Positions 11,832 through 22,675 of a stretch of 54,802 nt of DNA are shown piece after piece. The stretch is taken from assembly GCA_000388065.2 (NCBI GenBank), contig KB932206.1; one strand, 5' to 3'. How positions within the stretch are numbered: position 1 is the stretch's first letter; each line of letters opens with the position of its first letter. This stretch comes from Fonticula alba ATCC 38817 (lineage: Eukaryota; Protista; Nucleariida). Made by a program: the position numbers and the translations under genes. A model generated the notes under the pieces. It worked only from the letters and a program-made list of their open reading frames with translations. It ran no database searches and was not told the DNA's origin.

Positions 11832-13972
11832 TCAGCAGCGCCGGCCGTTGGCTCTCCCCAGGGTGCCATGGCGCGACCCGCCGCCGATGCCGCCGCCGGT
11901 GCTGGTAATGGGCGTGGTCACCGGCGTGGTGGCCGTATGCGAGGCAAAGAAGAGCATGCGCTCACGGAAGCTGAGCTGGTCAGGGTCCACCTTCTGGCGA
12001 TCCAGCACCGAGGTGAGGTCCTCGTCGGCGGCGCTGCCGCACCCCTGCCCGGACCCGAGGGGGGGCGAGGACTCCTGGGCGCGAAGCGGCGAGGTCCGAA
12101 TCGAGAGGCGCGGCACATCCGGGTTCGCGCCCCCGGCAAGGGACTTCGGCCGAGCCGACACAGCCGGCGAGGCTTCCTCCATCGCGCCGGCCCCTTCGGG
12201 TCCGCCATCTGCCGTGGTGGGCGCGGCGAGGAAGGCCGCCTCGATCCGGTCGGCTTCGGCAAGGAGCTCGGCCGTGGCCGGGTCCGGCTGGCCAAACGGC
12301 TCGCCACCACCATCCCCCAACTGTGGCTGGGCTCGGTCCGAAGGTAGGTCCGCTCCCGAGGCCGTCAGGGCCCGGTCGTGGACCTCCAATGGGGAGTCCG
12401 CCCGATCGATGGAAGCCGGTGAGGCCAAGATGCCGACACCACTCGAATCCACAGTCACAGCGCATGGGTCTGCGCCGTGGCTCGCGGGGCTGGCCGGCTG
12501 CTCGGCAATCGACAGCGGCTGCTCGGCAATCAACAGCGGCTCCGCGGCAATCGACAGCGGCTCCGCGGCAATCGACAGCGGCTCCGCGGCAATCAACAGA
12601 AGCTCCTCGGCCTGGGGAGTGGGCTTCTCACCGGCGTCCACCTGCCGGTGATCCTCGGTATTGGAGCCGTCAAGGTCGGCCCCCCCGGGCACCGCACTCG
12701 GGGCCGGCACGCGGTCAGTCGGAGACACGTGCTCCACGTCCGCGACATTCGGAGAGTCCACCGGAAGCTCGACCGTCAGCTCGGCCGAGTCGGCCTCATC
12801 CACAAGATCGTCCGCCAGCGTGGCCGAGTTAGCCGGGGTTCCGGCATTGGGCGTCCCCTCGATGGCCGGTGCCGCCACATTGGAGGAAAGCGTCTCGGTG
12901 GGCGTCTCGAGGAAGCTCGGGTCGTAGGTGTCCTCGGGGGGGACGGTCTGCAGGAAATCCGCCCCGTCGGCCGGGCTGTCGAGGGACGACCGGAAGTCCA
13001 CCGAGCGGCTCATGCGCGTGTAGCTGGTGTTGACGAGGAAGCCGCTGGCCTCGGCCACGGTGGCGGGGGCTCCTGGCAGGCGGAAGTGCCCGGCCGGGGC
13101 CTGGTCCCCAGGGGTCGACCCGAGGGCCGGCGACTGTCCGGGCGTCAGGGTCCCGGTGAATGCCTGCATCTCGCCCGGCGGGGCGTATGGCAGGGAGGTG
13201 GCACTGCCAGCCCCGCACATGGCCGGGCTAGAGCAGGTCGAGTCGGGCACACGCGAGTGGGTCGTCTGGTTCAGGTGGCTGCCGAGCGGGCGGTTAGTAC
13301 CGGGACGTCATGGCTGGCACCTGGGGCCAGGGGTGGGCGGCACAATGGCCGTGCCAGCCCAGTTGTCGACACAGGCGGGCGTGTGCACACCCAGATGGGG
13401 GGGGGAGTCTGGAAAAGGGGGCAACGCACTTGATGAAATACTGGCGTCCGGTTTGGGCATCGACCAGGCGCTCCCAGCCAAGGGGCAGGCCATCCGGGCC
13501 TGCATCGACGGGCAGGGGGGCAGAAGGGCCACCGGGATGGTCAGTGCACAATAGGCCCCGGCGGGAGCGGCTCCCGGGCCGGCCGCACAAACTCCCCAAG
13601 CGTGGCTGCATGGCGGCGTACCTCGGTAAGTTTCCGGGTCGACAAGCCCCTTGCTGATGGCAATCGGAATGCGAGGATCCAGCCAGGAAGTTCGCTTGCG
13701 CTTGTGACTTTGGGGGGCCGTTCGTGGGAGGAGCGTTAGACATGACTGGCCCGGCTCCGAGGGGGGTTCCACTCCGGCGAGCCGATGCCCGAGTCCGGGG
13801 ATGTAGCGCACTCTAGGAAAACCACACGGGTTAGGACCCCCTCGCGCACGGTGCGCGCAGTCCAGCCAGATGGCAGAGGCCCCAGGATGTCGGATTTCGG
13901 CGAAGGGGGCGGAAGCCGCTCCACGGCGGCCGAAGCCAAGATCCGATCAATCGAGGACGCCGAGCGGGGCAT
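11832..13972 (-). CDS. Tandem WW-domain protein with long acidic disordered C-terminus; 4 exons
   Basis: Splicing reconstructs WW1 GPLPSGWTARTVREGVLTRVVFLDHKRKRTSWLDPR and WW2 GLPLGWERLVDAQTGRQYFINHLNQTTHSRVP. The last exon is within the 472-aa ORF 11832-13250. Confidence 0.8.
12501..12600 (-). repeat. 21-nt coding tandem repeat (~4.7 copies) encoding (A/E)(A/E/Q)PL(S/L)IA heptads
   Basis: gcaatc(g/a)acagcggct(c/g)c(g/t)cg units on the plus strand; protein AAEPLSIAAEPLSIAAEPLLIAEQPLSIAEQP. Confidence 0.9.
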
Positions 13973-14357
13973 TCTCTCCGGCGCGAGCGCAAAAGGCAGG
14001 TGGAGGGGGAAGGGGCCAAGGTAAATGGAGAAGAAGGGGGGGCGGGCGTGGAAATCGGTGTTGGGGCGCGAGAAGGATCTCCTCTCGACTTGGCTGCCTT
14101 ATATTGCGCGCCTTTGCCGGTCGCGCCCTCCCTCCCCCCGCCCCCCCCTCCCACACCCGCAGGTGTCTCAGAGGGCCATCCGTGTTGTTGGGCGGCCCGC
14201 TAACGAGACACACTGAGCCAAGACCCGGACTCGGTCGCCGGCATCCAACCGCGTCCCAGTATGCCGTGCGTGTCAATTAATCGCCCGGTCACATCTTGAG
14301 CCCTACCCTTGGGTGACCCGTGGTCCAGCGTGTCCAGTGGTTACTGGCCAAAATATC

Positions 14358-14358
<1 letters not shown>

Positions 14359-14400
<42 letters not shown>
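14359..14400. repeat. (GT)n microsatellite, intergenic
   Basis: About 21 units visible. Confidence 0.95.
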
Positions 14401-14406
<6 letters not shown>

Positions 14407-15950
14407 GTCTGCATCAGAGTGCGTGTTGCTTTCGTGCATGTATCTAAGAGCATGTATACGTGTGTGTGTGTGTGTGTGTATACGCGCGTGACTGAAGGCC
14501 GGGGAGCATGGGAGCAGAGGCAGCTGCATGGACGCGAGCCCCCACATGTGGCCCCTGGCATGGGCCGAGTGATAAAACGCCCACCGCAGGTGCCGCAAAC
14601 CGGTTGAGAGGCCTCCGCGCGAAAGTGCACGAAGCCGACTGGTGCCCCGTCTTGCCCCTGCGCGGCGGGCCGAAGGCGCGCCCCGCGAGACGAAGCGCGT
14701 GCCCGGAAACGCCAAGCCCCCGCCCGCCCGGCCTGTGTGCATGTGTGTCTGTGTGTGTGCGCACATACCCGGGGATGGTGAGGACAGTCTTCCCAGGCCG
14801 GCTGCGGCAACGGGTTCCACCTGGGGAGGGACCCCGCCCCGACAACCCTCTCACTTGTGGAATGTGATATCCCTCTAACATGCACCCGTCAAGCTCCGCT
14901 TCGGAGAATGGCAGCCACTCAAGGCTGGAAAGGGACGCCCGTCTCGCCGCGGGCCGAAAAAAAAAGGGGGCCGATGAGCCCAGCACTCATCAGGAACCCC
15001 CCACAGCCAGACTTGACACCCGGCCTGGCTGGGGCCAAGCACACGAGGGGTGCCAGTTCTCACAGACCAATGGCCGCACCTGCCTGCCGAGGTCCGGGGC
15101 CACGGGCGGGGCCGGCAGAGGACGGCGCAAATAGAGACGAAGTTGCTCTCGGGGGCGGCCCTTGGCTGGCGGCCGCATTGGCTCAGGCCCTTTCCTTCCC
15201 GCCCCCCCCTCCGCCCCCTCCCCCCACACTCCTCCCATATGCTCCGCCGGGCCACCGCAAGGGGAAATTGCTCGCGGCCCCGGTTGCCGAAACTGACGAA
15301 TCGGGCCTCTCTGCCCGGATGTCCTCGGGTGTCTCAGTCGCATGGGTCCCCTCGGCTTGGTTTGAAGGTCCTCTGGCACCCCCCCCCCCCGTCCCCGCCG
15401 CCGGGTCCCCTCCTTTACCTCCGATCGTGTCCCGGCCTCGCCGCGTCCCCGGCGTTTCTCTTCGCCTTCGCCCCCCTCCACGGGGCGTCGCCATCTGACA
15501 GGGCATATGATTGTGGGACCGAGAGGAAAACAGGGCATGTGCCACTTCCATCCGAGAGGTCTCAAACATATCGGCCCCCACGCCGCCCCCTCCCGGAAGT
15601 CGGGCCCGCGCGAGCAGGGGTGCCGGGCCGGGGGTGGCACACCGGGGCCGCGGACGGGCACCGAAAACGCCCGGGGCCTAGCCCACGGGGCGGGGCCTCG
15701 CCCTCAATCGCGGCGGCGACCGGGCGTGATACCCGCCGGGCGTGATGCGGCATGATCGCACAGCCCCACAGTTGGCACTCCGGCCCCTTCACTTGATCGG
15801 CTCATCGGTGTCCATCCTCCCCGGGGCGCAGGGCCGCGCACCGTGGCCTTAGACATCCCTCTTCCCCCCTCCCGGCCGCCTTTCCTTCTTCGCCTTCCTC
15901 CTTCTCTCCCTCTGTCTCCTTCTCCCGCTGTCCCTGTTTTTACCTCCGCC

Positions 15951-18211
15951 ATGTGGAAGCCCGGTTCCCTGGCCCCAGACGCCCCGGAGCCCGGCAACCC
16001 CCCTCCTGCCAGTCGAGTCCCGACCACGGCCCCGCCTGTCTCGCCGGAGGTCGTCTCCCCGGACCACTCCTATGTGGTGTCGCGTTACAGTGCGTCTCTC
16101 ACGGTGGCCTGCCGTCTGCATTTCGCTGGGCACCCTGCCGCCCTCACTTCCCGCCATGCTGACATATCCCAATCGCTCCCTCGCCCAGAGACACAGCTCT
16201 TGGCTCGACTTGCCGGCCACCGAGTTGTGGCCCTCTTTGCATCCGGCCTTGAGCCGCCGCCTTGCGCGGTCGTCCGGCCGGCCGCCGGGATTCAGCGGCC
16301 AGCCCAGGCATTCGGCGGCGAGCCTGCCCCCGTCGGGCTCGGTAGCTCCGTCGGCTCGCCGCAGCTCCTATGGGCCGATGGCTTCGGCCTGGACTCTCGT
16401 GCGCCCCCTCGGCCGTCTCCGGCACTTGGCCGGTCAAACATCCCCCCGCCCCCCTCCCCCCCGTCCCTGCTCTCCACTCTCACTGACGACATCTCCTTCG
16501 CCCCCCCCCCCCCCCCCCCTCGACGTAGAGATCCCCCAGATCCTGGATGACAGCGGTTGGACCGCAAATGGGAAGGCCATTGGATATGTCGTGGTGCGTG
16601 TTTGTCTGGCCATTCCTTTGGCCTTTCCGGCCCCCGGGCTCATGCCCCTTTTGCGCATTCCAGCTGACAGCAGTGATCCACCCAGTCGACGAGTGTCGAC
16701 GCGCAGCACCTTGCCCACCGCGCGGCCATCGAGCGGGGCCGCGAACGGCCGGATTATGCCTGGGTGCGTGCTTGTGACCGGCCCCCTCCCCGGCTCCTCC
16801 CTGCTCGAGTTGCGCCTCCTGCGTCTCTGCCCACCTGGGCCCATGGCCACTGATATGCTTCACCCCTCCCCTCTTCTTGTGCATCTGCCTCTCTTCGTCA
16901 GGTTGGCTCGCTTCCCTCCAAGGATCTGCTCTTCCAGGATACGCCAGCGCGCGTAGTTTACCTCAGCGCATCGGCCATGGTGGCTGAGCTGCTGCGAGTG
17001 CGTGCTGCTATTGCTGTTGCGGTGACGATCTTCGGCATTTGATCGTCAAAAGTCCTGCCTCCTGCTTGTGCTTTACTTATGCCTGCACCCTCCCCCCCCC
17101 CCCCCCCCGCCCACACCCCGCCCTGCAGGACCCTCTGGCTTCGCGTTTCTCGGTCATCCTGGTGGATTTCGGCCACTCGCTCAGCAATGCACCCCTGGGC
17201 ATGGGGGACACAAGTCCCTTCCCCTCGACGGCCCCCCTGTCGATGGGTCTCGTGGCATCACTGCTCCGGAAGTGCGTCTCCTCCTCCATGCTTCCTTCCT
17301 GCTGACATCCGGCCCTAATCCACGATCCGTGCTTGGTTGCTTGGGGCGCCAGACTATCCAAGTCCCCGATGCGCGACGACCTTCGTCTCGTGCCAATTTT
17401 CCGCCTCGGCCAAGAGACCCTCTGCCAAGGGGCAAATCCCACGCGTCGGGAATGGACCGCTGATCAGGCCCGCCTTGACGCCGGCCTCCGTCGCCTGTCG
17501 ATCGCCATCGAGCGGTACTTCGCCCCGGCCGCCCCTTCCACTGAGGGTCCGGAGCCTGCCGCATATGCCGAGCTCCTGCTGGACAGTGGCCTCTCCTCGG
17601 GTCCAGGTACTTATGGATCTGTCCTCCTGCCGGGCCTGCCAGCACGCATATCCCTGCTCGCCAGTTGGCCTGACCCCCCCCCCCCCACCCTCCCCTCCCT
17701 CGTGACCCCAAGCCCCCCTTGTGACCGTGTCCCCGCCGGACAATGTCCTCCGGTCGGTGTGCTCGCTGAGTCCCGAGCAAGGTGCGCCAGCTGTGCTGGG
17801 CGCCTTGCGTGCTGCCGCTTCAGCGGCCCTCCTTCTATCCGAGAGCACATCGCTGCTGGAGACAGCGCTGGCTGGGGCACATCCACAAGTGTTGGCTGGT
17901 CGCCGGCGCTTCAATGTGGCCCTGGTCCAGTGTCCCTGCTCTTCGGCCATGAACACGGCAGCCGAGCGCCTTGGGCGGTTCTTTTCCTCGTACGCGCTTC
18001 CCCCGCCCTTCTCCTCCTCCTCGGCCAGCGTGGGCCCCCAAGGCCATGCTTGTCCCCCCCCACCCCCCTGACTTAATGTTCCACAGATCCACAGGCTTCG
18101 CCGATTTCAGTGTTGTGTCCACACTTGACACGGACCGGGTACGCTCCCCAGCTTGCCCTCCACCTCGCTCTCGCTCTCGCTCTCTCGCTCTCTCGCTCTC
18201 TCGCTCTCTCG

Positions 18212-18242
<31 letters not shown>

Positions 18243-20927
18243 CCCCCTCCTTCCCCACCTTTCGACCCTGACCTCTTGCTGTTCCCCTCCTGCCTACACA
18301 CACACACACACACGACTCCCACCCCAAGCGTCTGCCACGCTTTCGTAGCGGCCGGAAGCTGATCATCCTCGCGGCCGAGCCAGCCCTGGCCACCAACCCG
18401 GCCGACCCGATCCCCGTGCACCCGTCCTTCCGCCATGCTGTCATCCGGACATTGGAGGGGCTTGTTACGGCCGGCTGGCCGGCGGCCGGGCACTACCGAC
18501 GCATGGGTGCCGGGCAGCGAGCCCTGGCCCGTGTGGACCTCCTGGTGGACAGCTGTGTCTTCAGTGCGACGCTCTTTTCCCCGGGGCTCGGGCGCGATGT
18601 CACTGTCCCGTCAGTGGTATCCGGCCCCGTGGCCGGTGCCCCGACTACCACGCCAGAATGCCCCCTCCCGACGGCACACTTCCTGGCCCTGCTGCCGCTT
18701 CTCCTGTCCTTGGACTTGCGCTTGGCGGTGCTGTGTCCGCCGCTGACCCTGGACGGACTCACTCTGGTCGGCCATCCCCCGGGCACCAGTGCCGCGCTGA
18801 CCAATGCTGCTACCACACTCATCGCCATTGGTGCGCGCGACCTCGGCCGATATGCCGCGCCCCCGGTCGGTATCCACACGACCACCAGTCGCCCACTGTT
18901 GAGCGGCTGGGAGGCGGTTCGCGCGATCGAGGTACTCCCCCTCCCCCTGCCTTGACCTTCCTCCAACCGCCCGCTGACGCGTCGGCGCCTCTCTCTCTCT
19001 CTCTCTCTCCCCCCCCCCCCTTCCTTCCGGAAGAATGTGGCGGCTCTTGGCCTGGTGGACCCTCAAACGGGCCGGCCCCTGGCCACCCTCGGCGCGTCGA
19101 CTCTTCCTTCTTCCGTGGTTCGGCTTTGCACCTGGCTCTGCTGGTCACTGGGCCTGCGCGATGGTGTGGCCGATGCCGTATCGGTATGTTGCCTTCGTTT
19201 TCCGGCCTCGCCACCCTCCCGGCTGTGCAGCCGGCATGCTTCATGCCTTTCGATCGTGCATTACGTTTTCCCTGACCGACTCCCCTGCAGCTCCTGCATG
19301 CCCAGTCGACCGACGTCCTGGAGGGTGCTGCCGCCACCCTGGCCGTGCTTCGACAGGGCGGCCTTGCTGTACGTGCCCTGCTCGCTGTCCCGCTGCCTGA
19401 CATCGCCACGGGCACTTGCTAATCCCACCACCCCTGGATGCGTCCTTCGGCTCTCTAGAATTTGCTCCAGCCCGCCAGCCCCAAGGCGCAGGAGGAGCTC
19501 CTGACCGATCACGGCTGGGCCAGCGCCGAGGGCGATGCCGTCACCGCTTGGAATGGTACACTTTCGCCGCCCGGCCACTTGCCGGCTCTCCCCCATGGCG
19601 CGAAAAGGCCCTCGCCACCATGTCTAACCCCCCTTACTCCGCGCGTTCTGCGACCAGTCATCCGTGCATTCGACTTTGCCATGACCTTCCGCAATCCGGC
19701 CCTCTCCGAGTATGAGTATGCCCGATCCTGGGCCCATGACCACCGGCTGAAGCTCCCGCCCCTGCTTCAGGCATACAAGTACACCCGAGCCTTGATCACC
19801 AGCGTCCGAGCATGGTACACCCCTCTCCCCCCCCCCCCCCTCGGCCCCTTTTCTGTGTCCCCTTTCCTGACCCAAGCTGTCAGTCTGCCCGGATCGGCGG
19901 CCGATTCCCCTCTCTTCGCCGACAGCCATGCCCTCCCGGCTGACGGCCCCTCACGACTGATCCGGGCTCTGCTGGCCGGCCGGCCGCGCGCCGTCTGTGC
20001 CCTGGCTCCGGTGCCCAGCGGGCTCTATTCCCTGTCCAGTGGGGCCGCTCTGAGGCCGCATTACGGGCACTACGCCCGGGCGGCCGGGTTCGCCGGGCCC
20101 GGCGACGCGATCAGCGCCCTTTGTGCTCCTGCCTTCTCGGCGGCCGATACCCTCCGGCCGAATGAGCTCTTCACAATCCACACATCCAGTGTCCTGCACC
20201 GCTACGCCCCGAATGTTGTTCTCTACATGGATGGTGCGCCCCACGCCATGGCCCTGCATCTACCAGCTCCCGCCAGATCCCTTCCTTTACGTCGCTGCAG
20301 ACGCTGCTGCCCTGCTGCTGCCCTGCTGTTGCTCTGCTGTTGCTCTGCCCTAACCCCCTCGACTCTACTCCCAGTCGATAACTCCACACTTCCGGAAGCT
20401 CCAGCCGGCCTGCGCTTTGTCTCGGTCATCAGCCCCAAGTGGCTCCCTTCGACTGCGTACGCCCCGATGCTCTGCCTCAGGTTGCTGATTCCATGTGCCC
20501 CCCCCCCCCCCCCCCTCCCCGCCCTGCGCTCCGTCCACACTCACCATGCTCACCCACAATCCCAGCCGGACGGTTTACTCCTCTTAATTGGGCCGCACCA
20601 GGCTCACGTGTACACCAGAACCCGGTTCTACACCCGAACACATGCCAACCGCCACAGCTACCAACGCATGTACCGCATGCGCCACAAGGCCCTGGGCTGG
20701 GCGGCCGGGGCGTGCGTGCGCATGCCCCTTCCCTTCCGCTTGCCCCGCCGCCGAGGGGGGGGGGGCGGGGGCGGCCCCCCTGCGGGGCCCGTGCGGGCCC
20801 AATTCCTCGTGTCCCCTCGCTGGCCCGCTCGTCTCTTCCCCGCTTTCTCTCGCAAGTGCCCGGGGGAAGAGCCCCCGAAGGCGGCCCGGGTCGCAGATCG
20901 CCCCTTTTTCGCCAGCCCCTGCAATAG
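15951..20927 (+). CDS. DEAH/RHA helicase-like protein (DHX35-like) with degenerate ATPase motifs; probable pseudohelicase; ~15 exons
   Basis: Spliced segments are collinear with the DEAH architecture: SQIPQILDDSGWTANGKAIG, AQHLAHRAAIERG, ARVVYLSASAMVAELLR-DPLASRFSVILVDFGH, RDDLRLV, GRRRFNV, GRKLIIL, WH-like PP..ALTNAATTLIAIGARD, HA2 SAEGDAVTAWNVIRAF, WAHDHRL, IRALLAG, OB-fold TIHTSSVLH.APNVVLY and LRFVSVISPKWLPSTATRFY. Exact exon boundaries and the 3' end are less certain. Confidence 0.8.
18165..18240. repeat. (CTCTCG)n/(CT)n compound microsatellite in an intron
   Basis: Read directly. Confidence 0.9.
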
Positions 20928-21023
20928 ACTTCCCGCTTGTTCGCCACCCGTGCTCCCTCCTCCCCCTCCCCCCCCCCCCTCCTCCTTCTGCCCGTCTCCT
21001 CCCCTTTCGCACGTGCCCCCGCC

Positions 21024-22216
21024 ATGTTCTCCTTGAAATCCACCGCACCGTATGTCCTGATCTCCTCCTCCCACTTCGCCCTCTGCTCTCTCTTTTTCTC
21101 TCTCTTTCTCTCGCCTCCCTCTGTATATATCGCTTTGCTTCGTGCTTTCTCTCTCTGTCCCCCCCCCCCCCCCCTCGCCCACACACTGTCGCTCACGCGT
21201 GCACACCTTGCCCCGGCCCGCCTCCCAGCGACCCGACGAAGCTGCCGGCTGGGTTTTCTCCCACCCCTGCGTCCTGCTTGTCGGCCGCCACCGATGACCA
21301 GAAGTGGCTGCTGTCGAATGTCCTCCCGCGGGTTAACAACGGCGAGGCGGAGGTCTGGCTGATGCGTCTCCCCCGGGAGCTGGATGTCCAGCACCTGGAG
21401 GGGATCAAGCTGCGTATCGATGATGCGCCGGACGCGCCGTCCGGCCCGGCGGCCCCCCTTGGCTCGATCCAGGCCCTCCACGACGAAGAGGAGACCACGG
21501 AGGGCGACACCGCGTCGGCCGGCACCCTTGTGGATTACACCGTCACCCAGACCTCGGCTGCGGATGGCTGGGAAATTGACTCCCTGGACTTGCTTCTGCC
21601 GAAGCTGGTGGATTCGCCGTCCGGCGCGGCGGCCGACTCGTCGCTCATGTTTGTCAAGGGGATCAAGCCGACCCGGCACATTGTCATCGCTCGCCGTCCC
21701 GGGGACCAATCCAAGACTCGCGCCGATGCCGAAGGCCTCCGCCGGGACTTCCCCCACGAGGCCACCAACGCGCCGTACCTGCAGCTGGCCGATATGCACG
21801 GCAAGTTCCTGCCTGCCGGGGCCATCATCACCGAGGAGGCCATCCAGCAGCTGGCCGATGCCAAGAAGCGCCAGGCCGAGAGCAGCGCCCCTGCCACCTC
21901 CGACTGTACGTCAGTCCTCGCTCACATGGACCCGTTTGCCCGGGCCTNNNNNNNNNNNNNNNNNNNNNNNNNNNNNNNNNNNNNNNNNNNNNNNNNNNNN
22001 NNNNNNNNNNNNNNNNNNNNNNNNNNNNNNNNNNNNNNNNNNNNCCCCCCCCTGCCCCCTCTCCCAATCCTGCCTGCGCACACCCTAGCCACCGACCGCT
22101 CGGAGAAGAAGAAGCGCAAGACCGAGGACAAGTCCGAGAGCAAGAAGGACAAGTCCGAGGACAAGAAGTCCGCCAAGGCTGCCAAGAAGGCTGCCAAGGC
22201 CTCCAAGAGCAAGTAA
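21024..22216 (+). CDS. RPA34: RNA polymerase I subunit RPA34/PAF49 (A34.5)-like; exons 21024-21049, 21229-~21906, ~22089-22216
   Basis: KLPAGF...EAEVWLMRLPRELDVQHLEGIKL matches the A34.5 domain pattern (P.GF ... lWLi.aP). Lys-rich C-terminal tail EKKKRKTEDKSESKKDKSEDKKSAKAAKK. An N gap lies inside intron 2. Confidence 0.72.
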
Positions 22217-22675
22217 CCGGCCTGCACTCCCTCCTTGCCCTGCTTCCTGGCTCTCGGTCCATCGAAAAGCCGCTTCCCTTTCCTGCTGCCTCAGCGTGGG
22301 GCTCTCCTTTTTATACCCCATCTTCCCGATGGTCCTCACACAAACCCGCAAGTGCCGGTGCTCGATCTGCCTCCTGTCTCCGCCACTGCACCCGGTACAT
22401 GCTCCCCTGTCCCTGTCCGCCGCCCTGGAGGGCGTAAAAATAGAAACAAAAATCCCACGGCCTATCGTGGTAAATTCCCTCTCGGGGGGAGGGGGGGGGG
22501 GGGGGAAAACCCAAGTGCAAAGGCAAGACGAGGGGGGGTTTTCCCCACAACCCAGAGGGGGGGGGGGGGAGCAGGGCAAGGGAGGAAGGAGNNNNNNNNN
22601 NGGGGGGGGGGGGGAGCAGGGCAAGGGAGGAAGGAGAGGGGGCCGGTGCGGAAGACCCATGCGACCAGCGACAAC

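Noticed and set aside
12501-12600. Regularly spaced repeats as a CRISPR-like array
   Set aside because: Head-to-tail 21-mers with no spacers, inside a eukaryotic coding exon.
15951-20927. Interpreting the helicase-like locus as a decayed pseudogene
   Set aside because: All reconstructed exons stay in frame with canonical splice sites, and structural motifs are kept while catalytic ones are lost. It still needs expression data.
20588-22216. 542-aa ORF suggesting a long N-terminal extension of RPA34
   Set aside because: The upstream part is the pseudohelicase 3' end and intron sequence. ATG 21024 with intron 21050-21228 gives a cleaner model.
22561-22632. Direct repeat gggagcagggcaagggaggaaggag on both sides of a 10-N gap
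   Set aside because: Typical unmerged contig overlap at a poly-G break, not a biological repeat.
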